Shown here: in pieces, positions 12,402 to 24,289 of the stretch
Position numbering within the stretch: position 1 is the stretch's first letter
Layout of the letters: each line of letters opens with the position of its first letter
Assembly: GCF_032062105.1 (NCBI RefSeq)
Contig: NW_026935527.1
Location: 124,001-188,000 of the forward strand
Reading direction: 5' to 3'
Source: Saccostrea cucullata
Lineage: Eukaryota
DNA length: 64,000 nucleotides
Translations under genes and position numbers: made by a program
Notes under the pieces: model-generated
Told to the model about the DNA's origin: nothing
The model's database searches: none
Seen by the model: the letters and a program-made list of their open reading frames with translations, nothing else

Positions 12402-12712
12402 CTTTATGGAATCAGAGAATGTTGCTAAGAAAGAAGCACAGATCATTTATATACTGTAAGGGACACTGGTGACAAACGGTTACAGACCCGCCAAAATTAT
12501 GCTAGTTAAATCGAGCGTAATTTATGCTTGCTAGAGTAACACATTTGCTTTCCAAACTCAGCAAATATTTTCATGTTTGGTAATACTCCAATTAGTAATC
12601 GCTTGAGCACCTGATTTTTTTGTACATGCTTGCCAAATGAACCGTAACACAACAAGTACATATATTTGTGGAGTGGAGGGGGATAGGCACAGCTCAGTCT
12701 GAATCTGAAGCA
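12402..12712. promoter_or_regulatory. Putative bidirectional promoter, pair 2 (B2/A2)
   Basis: 311 bp between divergent ATGs; minus-strand TATATAAA at 12446-12453, TATA-like at ~12659-12667; CAGCAAATA at 12559-12567; alignable in blocks with 20296-20604. Confidence 0.7.
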
Positions 12713-14227
12713 ATGAATTCATTTATTGCGGTCGTTCTTTTAGTATGCGTCCTTGCAGGTAAAACTGGATTTACCTTTAAATAATTTGTTTGATTTTCTA
12801 AATCTGATCAAATGCAACAGGTTTTATATTTAGAAGGTTTTTTTTGTTTAATCTTAAATTAGATTTTTATCTTTAATAAAAATGTTTTCTCTTTTTTGTA
12901 GTTGTTGAGGCAAGCTACAATTACGCCCCTAAATACAGCAAATTCGGGTATGTAGCCGCCAAGGTTGCTTCAGGCACTTGTCCATACGGATGGTCACTGT
13001 ACCACGGCAGCTGTTATTATTTCAGCCGAGACAAACTCACATGGTGGCAGGCAGAGGTACATGAATTTGAACATTTTAATTAGATTTAACCTAGTTAAAC
13101 CATGAGCGATAAGTAAATGTTACATTTTCGAACTTTTAGTGTACAATTAATGGGATTTCATGTGGTTTTGATGACATAAGAAAATGTAAATTGAGTGTTT
13201 TGGGACAAGAAATACAAAATGGTTCTTGCAAATGTTTTTAGTTAAGATTTATTAATTTTTCTGACTCCAAGTGTACCTCGATTCTTCTGTGCGCAATTTA
13301 CCTTATTTTCAATTAAGTATAACTTACCCTACTATTTTATGAAGCAACATTATGATACACTCCATTTCATTTTTGGCAAATTGTAGATGAGATGTGCGTC
13401 CATGGGAGGATTCTTATGTAATGTGGATGAAGCTCATGAAAATACATACGTCAGACATCATCTGGCCATGTATGGAGGTAAATAAAACCATCTTTAAAAA
13501 CCTTGGTTTTTTTTGTTAGTTTTGTATTAATAAATGCGAGGGACTTAAGTTAGGTATTTATAAGTCATACAGTGTATTGCATTTAACTGTCTTTCAAGCT
13601 TAAACAAAGAAACGTTATCTGTTTTGGTATGTACGCGTTTGTTTTTATCTAACTGTGTATTCAGATAAATAAATAAATTTTGGCCTTGATAATTCTTTTT
13701 TAAATTATTTTTTGTGAATAGAACTAATGTAACTATAAAGACATGGAGCAATGCTGCTATCTCGTCTGTAACTTAATTGTATGAGATTAAATTTAGACAG
13801 TATGGTAGTTACCGGTATTATTTATACCCTTTGAATGGAATATGACCAATAATGTTTTTTTTAATATTTCATTAAGTGTCCCCTGGAGCCTGGATGTCCC
13901 TGAACGACTGTCTCTACCCTAACGCTCACAGATGGAGATGGGGATTCACGAAAAGGCGATGCCACAAGTTTGACTGGTACGGTAGTGAGCCCGTGTACCA
14001 CAAAGAAGGGGACTGGAATTGTGGAGTTTTCTGGCAGCATTACAAATACCACTGGCATGTGGACAGCTGTTCTCATAAGAACTACTATGTCTGTGAGATG
14101 AAACTGGTATGAATATGATTCGACTGTTGTTTTTAAATGATTCGATTTTTTAAAATTTAATATACTGATTTTATCACTAATTTAATGTTTTTATCCACAG
14201 GGAAAACCTTGCAAGTGCCAATATTAA
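12713..14227 (+). CDS. Secreted C-type lectin-domain protein, subtype A copy 2 (A2), 182 aa
   Basis: Exons 12713-12758, 12902-13056, 13387-13477, 13877-14106, 14201-14227. MNSFIAVVLLVCVLAVVEA-SYNYAPKYSKFGY...GKPCKCQY*. Confidence 0.93.
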
Positions 14228-17200
14228 ATATAGAGTCTTGTATGCAATATTAAAAATAAAATTGGGACAACGTATTTTCTATTTGTAATAATTTCCATTG
14301 TAAAAGGAAAATATGACCACCGTTAATAAATGCAACATACAGAAACGATGACAATACCACCACCACTTGAATGAAGAATTACACGCGATATGGAATACAC
14401 TTTCATCCGAAGAAAAATTCTTTCAATAATAAAAGTACATCTTCATTAAAATACCTGATAGAAAAAATGCACTCAATAGTACAATTTTTATCTTTATCTA
14501 CAATATTAAAGAAGTGCAAAGATAAGAAAAAGATCTACCTAAAATATCGGTAAGAGTCCCTATAAGGTGACAGTTTTTCTCCAGTAATGCCCACGTCACC
14601 ATCCTCTGTGCTTATATAGTGGTACAACCGGGATCTGACAAAATAATGTCACTTCTGTAGACGAAACCTTAATTTGCCGCTATGCTTCTGCTTTTGATTT
14701 TTTACCATATAAAGATAGATACATATATAAAACTTTTCAACAACCTGAAATGCATAATGTATTTATGCCTGTGTACTTTGTTTTACGAAATGATACTTTC
14801 AAGCACAAACTTCCTCTTATTCCTTCCAAAAGTGGATTCTAGAAAAAAAGAAAACATTTCTCATTTTAATATGATTTATAAAAAATTAAATCTGTTGGAT
14901 TTCCTTAAGATTGAGGACTGTATTTACCATAAACGGCACTAATGTTTTTGTTGAAGACTGTAGCATCATCACAGTTCGCGGGGACCAATGTTCGTACATT
15001 CCATTTGTCATTCTTACAATTCTTTTCTCAAGAAATAACGAGGGCATTGTAATCGTATTTCTTTAGTGAAAGTTACATCTATATAAATGCAAGTTGCCCT
15101 TGAAACTTTGTCCTTCTGTACGCGTAACATTTTGGTTACCTAAGAACATTGTCCCCATAAATAAAAAAAATTATTTCATGGTATTCCAAATAAAATATAC
15201 TCCATACGTCAATTTAAGTTGGATCAGATGAGAAGAAATAATATGAATAAAATTGTTGTCTTCCTCCTTGATATTTAGTAAAAGTGTAATTTAAAACTCG
15301 TTTCTAATAAAAAGCATTCAAATAAAAACATTATGAAGAAACTGTAAGAAAACAATAACAGAGACAGAAAAATATTGCATTTTTATCCAAATAAACTTAT
15401 CCAATTTTTTAAGGGTCAAATTAACTTTTTATTAACTAGTGTCTTGGACACCATTTTATATACAATAAAAATGAAACATTTATCTGCTATTTAATACATC
15501 TTTTAGCCTTTAAACATCAGTGGAAGGAGTAGGAGGGAGTAGGCCCTGGAGGATTAAAAATCCTATATCGAATGGTCATACACGCTATATGCTCCTCGTC
15601 ATGATCGAGCTAAATAAAAGGAAAAATCCGTAAACAATTTAGTATGGAAAAAATAGTCTTACAAATTTCATGAAAAACGTCTATCAATATTCGACTTAAT
15701 GATGGCTGCATTTGCTAGCAAGGTCATTTTATCAACTTTAGTTTTTGCAAAATGGTGAAGTTAAACAAGACAATTCATTATGTCATTAACATATTTGATA
15801 ATAGCCTGTCTTGTTTAAGATATTTAGTAGAGCTTGTCCTTGCCTATCGATTCACCTGGAAGACATGAACTTGATATGCATGTTTAATTATATACTGCTT
15901 AATAAAAACAAAAAACGAAGTTGAGAATAGAACAAAATTATAACATTTAACAAATTTGTTTTATGGATAACTGATATGGCGGTGCTTTGTTTGACACAAA
16001 TGAAAACGCAGTGTTGCAATTTGAATGGTCATTTAATAATAAATAAATGACAAAGCAAACAACATATGTCAACACATAGTATAACTGACAATACCAATAC
16101 AATTAAACACATTGCGTAATAGAAACAAACGCATATAGCAAAAAACATCATAGAATCTTAAGTTCACAATATTATTCAATGAGGTACGCAAAAATGTACA
16201 GTAAACAGAATGCGTATTTCAGACCTAAACAGTGTCAAAGATGGGGCGTTAGGTAGCCTTTAATAAATATTCATTGTTAAATATTCAAGGAGACAATAGA
16301 TGTATCAGAAGCTATGGTTCTTCTTTTTTCGAGTTCAAAATGATATTGTGATTATCATGGGAATGAAAATAAATATTGTTACATGTAACTGATTAAAAGG
16401 TCATAGATTTATTAAAATGCTACATTGAGGGCCTTGCAAGAATTTTTTCAAGTTGACTTTGTTAAAAAAAAATGAATACAAAACAGGGTTTTCTTATATT
16501 TTATAAATAATTAATCTGGAATACGTGTTTTAAATTTTGAAAAGACGTACGTTTTGATGATTTTTTTCTTAGTAAAATTTTAAGGTTACATATTTCCTAA
16601 AAGTTCCTTGCAGATTTAAAGTATCCATTTCTGCTTTATACAACTTCTTGATGTTGACAAAACTTCTGAAGTTTCTCCTTTGGTTAGTGTAATAGTTTGG
16701 TAAGAAGTAAAGTACGAAGATTGGGGATTTAAGACTTTAGAAATGTTCTCTTAGAAAACGTCATGGTCTGGAGTCATCTATTGTACGAAATTTTGAAATG
16801 CAAACTTTGAATGAAATTCTGGAAAACCTATTTTAAAATAGGAATCCTAGAGCAAAATTTAATTTAAGTTATAAGCCAGAGCAAAATTTAGATAATACAA
16901 ATGCAATAAGAATGATCCATTGCCTTTATTCTGTTTTTATTCTATTTTATGTTTCAGAATATCATTTCTTCATTAAAAGAACAAGCAGGAATAAAACTGT
17001 ACGTAAACTTAAATTACACAACAATCATTATGTTGATGCTTATGATTTTGGACCCGTAAAAATAATTTCTGAGTTTGTTCCTCATCTTTAAATAGATAAC
17101 ATGTAGATGTATAAGTGTATTTTCTTTTCACTAAAATACTTTGAGAACTTTAGATAAGGTGATCTAAAACATATTTTGAATTAATGCAAACAAGGGGAAA

Positions 17201-17832
17201 AACTTTGTGATAATTTTCTGACTTCTTAAGTTTTATTAAGGGAAAATTGACTATAATGTAACGTAAAAACAGTTCCTTTATGTGCATGAAATGGTCAAAA
17301 ACAATAATTTCTAGGCTCGTGAAATGGTAAAATTTTATCCTTGACCAAAAACGTTTACTGAATAAATGGCTGACGCCACAGATGGACTGAATACATATAT
17401 TGCATATATTGTGTAGGAAAAATATGATTTTTGTGAACTCAAAAAGGGAAAAGTTTTCAAAGCTGTAACTTTTTCCTTGGGAAAATCTGGACAGACAGAT
17501 CATAACGCTACATAAGCAAGGATTGTAAATTCCTACCATTTTTGTCGCAATCTTTGGTATTACTAGTATTTCTTGCATCAAATGCGGTCCGTACCAAAGG
17601 CATGGTTATCATTAATCAACCAAATTATACTTGTAAAAATTCTGTATTCATCATTCAATTGTCACCCACATCATTAATCTTTGTTAGTATCTTTAATTCT
17701 AAATAAAAAATAATTGTCCAAATAAAATTCTGAAGATCTTTATATATTGCTGAAATTGTACTTTGGAAGGGATACTTTGATAAAGAAGAAAAAACGATGT
17801 CATGGAAATCAACTCTTTATTTAAAATAAACA

Positions 17833-20295
17833 CTAGTAAGTACAACGACATGGTTTTCCCTAAAAATAGAAGAAAAGAATCATTTTTATTTAATTCATAC
17901 TTTTTTTAAAAACCAATGTCGATTATAAACTCTCTTGACAAACATTGATATTCAACATACTAAGAAAAATGTATTTGGATGCAAGTACGACATACGAGGG
18001 TTGTTAGAAAAGTTCGCGGACACATTGAATTACAGAAAATCTATTGTTTACTGTGAAGTATGACCTATGACTGAATGAATTCCTACATTTTGTTTATTGG
18101 TATGTAAAAAATCAGGTCAATATAATAAAATCTTAAAATTTTACAACTATTTTTATTATGTGGTTATGGGATTCACGGAGCAATCACTTGACGTAAGGCG
18201 ACGTGACAACCAGATTTCAACCCTTTAAGCTTTGTCGCAGTTCTATGAATCTTTAATTTCTTTATATTTTTCTCATATTTTTTCTACTTTAAAATTGAAT
18301 ATCTATATCAAGACATGTTACTTTTCAACTATAATGTCTTTTTATCTGTTTTGGATATTATTGAGATCTTAAAAAATAAAAAAATAAAAAGGCTGTGCAT
18401 TCAATCGATCAGGTATGGAAACTATGCAAAACATAGGCGCAACGCAACGTCCATGCATAGAGGGGTATTTTCGATGTAGTTAATCATTTAAAATGTTTCT
18501 CCTTCCATTCTTATGAAGCTACAACCACTTGAAAACTTGTTCTTTGTATGTGTAGGATATTCCCGGCAGCATCTTAAACATTTTAGTCTCTTTTTAGACA
18601 TTTTCCTGTCTGCACACATAATTTTTACGTAGTGCACTGCTCCATGCTCAATGACGTTCCAATTTTTGGCTGTGTTCTTACGCGTTGATCATTTATAAAC
18701 AGCTATAAAACAGCCATATACCCTCCAATTTAGTTCAAACTTTTTCCCAGTGACGTTTCCTGCATACTTTAGCGGAAGGTAAAATATCATAAATCTCTTG
18801 GCACTACAATTGTGCAATTTTTAATTTTAATAAAGAGTCTTTGTGATGTAAACGTGTCATAATGCAGCATGCTCCATGAAGCAAGATTTATCAAAATAAA
18901 AATGCCGTATATTTTTCAATAATCACCGGAGAGCACCAAATTCTTGTATATTTATTGGAAAAAATGTCAAGATTATATCTGGAAAGTTTGACCGGTTTCA
19001 TGGAAATAGCGCGATCACAATAGAACTTGTCCGCGAACTTTTCTAACACCCCTCGTATTATAATCAATGAAATTATTACTGTGTACATATGAATACAGTT
19101 CTTGACTTACCATGGGTTTCTCACAAACGAAATGGTTAACTTGTCCACAACTATCAACATGCCAGTGGTACTTGTAAGATTTCCAGAAGATACCACAATT
19201 GTAGTCTCCAGTTTCGTGATAAACTGGTTCCTGACCGTACCAGTCAAATTTGTGGCATGGCTTGACGGTGAATCCCCAGCACCATCTATGTTTGTTTGGT
19301 CTCAAAACGTCATTCAAAGCCAACCATGCTCCTCTTCTGACTACACATAAATATTTTTTACAATTTATAAATAGATGAATTCAAAACAATTAAAAAACGT
19401 TCTCATTGGGTACTCATAACTTACATCCATAGACGCTCAGCATGTGTCTGACGTAGGTGTTTTCGTGGGACTGGTCAACAGAGACGAGGTATCCTCCCAT
19501 GGCGACACATCTCATCTACAGATTATAAGATAATTGGCGTACTTCTGATCATTGTCCAATTCAACAAAAAAATGTTTCCTTCTGAGATATTTCAACTTCT
19601 TTTCATTTGGTGTATCTGAGAAATCTCTCTCTTTCTTATGGAGATGGGATGGGGGTCATATGGTCAATGTGATGATACGCTGCAGCGAGAATTTTAAAAT
19701 TTTGAACTTACAGAAGCCTTGTACCAGTTGAGCTTGGTTCTGCTGAACCAGTAACAATGTTTGTTGTACTGATGCCATCCATGTGGACATCCACCTGAGC
19801 TGAGAGCAGCAGCATACTTGAAGGCGTTATACCTAGGTCTGTTTCCATAGCTAGCCTCAGAAACTGAATTTTACAAATAAGTGTCAAGCTCAGAATTCTT
19901 ACAAGTCCAAATGTTTTATCACGAAGGTTGTCTGGTGAAGGTCAAAAACAATTTTCGAAGTTGTTTTTTCTCAACTAGATTATATTTTAAGAATTCCAAT
20001 GTTCTTTTCTCCAAGAATATATTATAATAAAATCCATAAGTTGTAAAAGTTGTAAAAAGAAATGACCGGAGATATTTAAGATTTTTATTCTTTCGACAAT
20101 GTAATTAAACAAAACAGATTTTTGTACGATATTTAATTAAAAAAATTGCACTATATTTGAACATTTCACGGAAAAGTATTATACCGATCATGCTGATATT
20201 CCGTATTTTTAAAGTATAAGATACACTTATTGGCAATGTTACTCACCCGCTACAATGGCAGTTAGGATCAAACTGGCTAGAAGAAAGGAATTCAT
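17833..20295 (-). CDS. Secreted C-type lectin-domain protein, subtype B copy 3 (B3), 182 aa
   Basis: Exons 20295-20247, 19863-19712, 19515-19425, 19340-19111, 17859-17833. MNSFLLASLILTAIVAVSEA-SYGNRPRY...GKPCRCTY*. The last intron is expanded by a mariner-type MITE. Confidence 0.92.
17995..19055. mobile_element. Non-autonomous Tc1/mariner-type element (MITE) in B3 intron 4
   Basis: 28-bp TIR CGAGG(T/G)TGTTAGAAAAGTTCGCGGACA-type with 1 mismatch, TA on both sides (17993-94, 19056-57), no transposase ORF. Confidence 0.9.
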
Positions 20296-20604
20296 TTCGT
20301 GGAATCAGTGAATGATTCTTTGGGAGAAAGATGACGAGCTTATATAGTGTTTGGGTTAAAATAATTTTTGCACAGGCCTGCCAGAATCATGTGTGTTCAA
20401 TCGTCTGTAAACCTTAAGTAGAAGACAACTACGTTGTGATCGTGCAAATTCAGCAAATATGTGTGTTTTACCTAACATCTCAATTATTTATCATTACAAT
20501 AAAATATTAATCGTTTCACATGTTTTGCTAAATGTACCATGAACCGACAGGTATATATGCTGGCGGTAAACTGTAGATGTACAGTTACTTTTGAGACTGA
20601 AGCC
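20296..20604. promoter_or_regulatory. Putative bidirectional promoter, pair 3 (B3/A3)
   Basis: 309 bp between divergent ATGs; TATA-like elements at ~20339-20347 and ~20552-20558; CAGCAAATA at 20451-20459. Confidence 0.7.
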
Positions 20605-22423
20605 ATGAACATCTTTATTGCTACCGTTCTTCTGATAAGCCTTTGTGCAGGTAAAACAGAAATAATTTTAACAGTTTAACATATTCTTATTTCATTCGCT
20701 TTTTCATTCCAATTTTTTTTTACAATATTCGCCTCATTTAAGATGCATCAGTGATGAATTAGTTCAATTTTAATTTGTGCTAAGAGATGTGTAAAATTAT
20801 ATACATTCAATTTTATTTAGTCATCGACGCCAGTTACAATTATGCCCCTAAATACAGCAAATTCGGATATGTAGCCGCCAAGGTTGCTGCAGGCACTTGT
20901 CCATACGGATGGTCACTGTACCACGGCAGCTGTTATTATTTCAGCCGAGACAAACTCTCATGGTGGCAGGCAGAGGTATATAAAGCTTTATTTAAGTCTT
21001 TTATTTTTTTGTTTACAAACAGCCCACCATGGAAAAAGTCTTATCCAACTCCTTTTGAAAAGCAAATTAAAGCGTGTCAGTCGGTTATCAATGTTCATAT
21101 AAATGTTCATCTCAATGAAATAAAAAGCATTGTTATTTTTATAGATGAGATGTGCGTCCATGGGAGGATTCCTGTGTAATGTGGATGAAGCTCATGAAAA
21201 TACATACGTCAGGCATCACCTGGCTATGTATGGAGGTAGGGATCTTCATAACTGATCTGAGCTGAGAAATTATTATATAAATATTGCATGTAGTTGAGTA
21301 TAACATTGAAAATTTTCACCCCAAGAAAACCATTGTCAACCGAGGCGCAGCCGAGGTTTTCGAGGGGTGAAAATTTTCAATGTTACACTCAACTACATGC
21401 AATATTTATTATATTATACTGAATTTTTATACAAATAAATATAACAGCGAATCGTACACGCATAAATTCTGCGCAGTCGCTATTTTTTTTTTTGGAATAT
21501 CACCGGTCGTCAAGCACTGTTGACTGTTGCTACGCTGGAGGGCGTGGCTTCATTATTCAGCTGGTAATAGTGTTTCTTAACAAATGTTTCTCGACCAATC
21601 AGATTCAACTAATTTACATGAAAGTATAATATATGTATATATCTAACATATTTATTATGTAAATGGATGAAATACATGTACTAGTTCAAATTAAACACCA
21701 GAGCTGGGATCAAGTTTTTTTTAACTTGAACTCAAGGAGGACAATTTTTTGTATAACTGGAATAAAAAACATTTACCAGTAGGCCTATCTTCCATTGTGC
21801 ATTCATGTATTCTTTTTTTTAAATTATGTTATATTTGATTACTTTACATCTGCATGTATTTTGTTCGAATAAATTCAGATTACTTTTTAAAATTTTTGGA
21901 AAGAGCATTGATTACTCTCAATGAAAAGATTTCAAGTTACTAAGTATTTTGTCAAAGAAATAACCATGCATGTTCGAAAAATTCGTGAAAATTGCCTTTA
22001 CAATGTGTATAAATTAAATAAGATATGAAAATTTTCAAGATATTTGTTATGTAATTTCATTCTAAGTGTCCCCCGGAGCCTGGATGTCCCTGAACGACTG
22101 TCTCTACCCTAACGCTCACAGATGGAGCTGGGGATTCACAAAGAGGAGATGTCACAAGTTTGACTGGTATGGTAGTGAGCCCGTGTACCATAAAGAAGGG
22201 GACTGGAACTGTGGAGTTTTCTGGCAGCATTACAAATACCACTGGCATGTGGATAGCTGTTCTCATAAGAACTACTATGTCTGTGAGATGAAACTGGTAA
22301 GGACTTAAATCATTTACATAACTGCAATTTTTTTTCTCTAATAAATGAAAATCGTTATACAGTCACTAACAATATTTTTTTCTTTTCGCTAAACAGGGAA
22401 AACCTTGCAAGTGCCAATACTAG
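20605..22423 (+). CDS. Secreted C-type lectin-domain protein, subtype A copy 3 (A3), 182 aa
   Basis: Exons 20605-20650, 20821-20975, 21145-21235, 22067-22296, 22397-22423. MNIFIATVLLISLCAVIDA-SYNYAPKYSKFGY...GKPCKCQY*; AATAAA at 22441-22446. Confidence 0.93.
21272..21630. mobile_element. Hairpin-bearing non-autonomous element, Crypton-like, in A3 intron 3
   Basis: ~50-bp-arm inverted repeat 21277-21409 around CCGAGGCGCAGCCGAGG, then short IR pair ATTATACT/AGTATAAT with a subterminal ACCAATCAGA; absent from A1 and A2 intron 3. Confidence 0.65.
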
Positions 22424-23240
22424 ATGTTAGATATTACGTCAATAAAACAAATAAATTCATTTCAAAGTATTTTAAATTCATTTTGTATTTTACTGTCGTA
22501 ATTATTTCTCTAAAAAAAAAGTCAAAGATAAATTAATCATTGATCTGCTTGTGCGTTAAATCCATTTTTACGGCCTGTACACTTTCGATTTGTGAGAAAG
22601 ATCGGTTCTGAAATAGGGGACGTATCATTCATAACACCTCACTCTCTGCTAAAAAGACTATTCCTACATTCATCTACATTTTAACTATTACTACAAGTAC
22701 TTTTCATTCAATGTTATGCCCAAAAGAGTTGACCAGGCCTGCAATTAGGTCTTAACCTCACCTTTTACCCCTTCCTGCTAACCGACCAATCTTGCAATGC
22801 ATTGAAAGTCCATCTTTATTTGCAAAACATACATATAAATATATATAATACTGGTAGTGTTTGGATAAAAGTAACTTCTGAAGTTTTAAATTCGGGAAGG
22901 ATCCATTGAATAAAAAGAAAATTTCTGTAGTGCATAGAGTTTTCTCAAAAAAGAAAGAATTTTTTCGTGATTTTTTTTAAAGTGACGTTTGTTTAATTAC
23001 CCGAAAGTTTCTTTATGATGTATTTTTTATACTGGTTGTCGATTTTCTCAAAATTGTCTACGTTTACAATCTATCTTCAAATATTGCTAAGATAAGAAGA
23101 ATTAAATAGATCCTATTTTTATGTACCTAAAAAAAATGTTTCAAATGGCTCCAATTTTCCCATTTGTCAGCATTTTGAGACATGTTTTGTTATATTTTCC
23201 CCGAGACCGACCGTCACATTTATTTAATTTGATTTTTTAA

Positions 23241-24156
23241 GGTAGGATTCTTCTCACATTTCTTGTATTTAAAAATTAATGAAATTTTCACAGAATCAAG
23301 AGGACAATATCACTAAGTGATGGTATCAGTGAGATTAAATTTGACCGCTTAATATTAGAGGCAAGGTCAGGTCAAGGTCATTACCTTTTTCCTGGACATT
23401 AAGAATAAAAAAATTACTGTTTCCAATCATACGATTCCTACATGTAATTCCAAAGATTGAATGTTTTTCTTTTTGCATAAAAAGATACTACCATATAGGG
23501 CCTATAAGGTGATATTACCAAATTGACATGGATGATTTAAATAAAATGGATATTTGCTAATCCGAATTTCCTCTACTTTTCTTAAATTTTAAGGATTTAT
23601 TAGTTATTTTTATAAGCTTCCTATATTTAACTTTTTCCAATTTTCACATATAGTAAAGCTGTTACATAAAGGTACAAAATGATACAAAAACTAAAAGTTT
23701 TGATCATTTACAAAGAGAGAAATAACACTTTTTACGGATTTTTGGCTCAAATCTGTACTTAGATTTGAAGCATTAAAAAGCCAACATAGTTCTAGTATAT
23801 GTGAAAAATTTTATTTATTTGATATATTTTGAAACTTAAGTCCCTTATTATTAATTTAACTTACATTTGAAAATTTCGTCTGGTCTTTGATAGCGTAAAA
23901 ATTATAACTTAATTCAATGTTCTATAATAATTTTGAGAGGCATAAAAGAAGATATTTTCATACGCCACCATTCCGCCAAAAATATAGTCCCTGCTACTTT
24001 TCAAACGCAGTTTACCATTTCTATTTAAAGTTGTATAATTGTGATGAGGAAAGAAAAATATGGTCTTTTAAATCTCTTACATCTAAATATATAAGACATA
24101 TCAAGAAATGTACTTTGAATATTCCATCTAGTCAGAAACCAGAGAAGAATCCTACC
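23241..24156. mobile_element. Non-autonomous Kolobok-like DNA transposon
   Basis: 15-bp perfect TIR GGTAGGATTCTTCTC / GAGAAGAATCCTACC flanked by TTAA on both sides. Confidence 0.8.
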
Positions 24157-24289
24157 TTAAACATAGAAATTAGTCTTTAGACCTTCTTTCAAACAAATAG
24201 TGTTCAATCAATTTTAGGAATTTTATCAATATTTGACATATACCTTCAATGAGTCGCATGTCAAGCCCTGACTACCAAGATACAAATGA

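Noticed and set aside
17150-17581. 143-aa minus-strand ORF
   Set aside because: Non-ATG start, F/I/K-rich AT-biased composition, no recognisable motif or exon context.
2731-22423. Lectin triplication as an assembly artefact (haplotype duplication)
   Set aside because: Signal-peptide exons, introns and TE content differ strongly between copies, and one pair is inverted.
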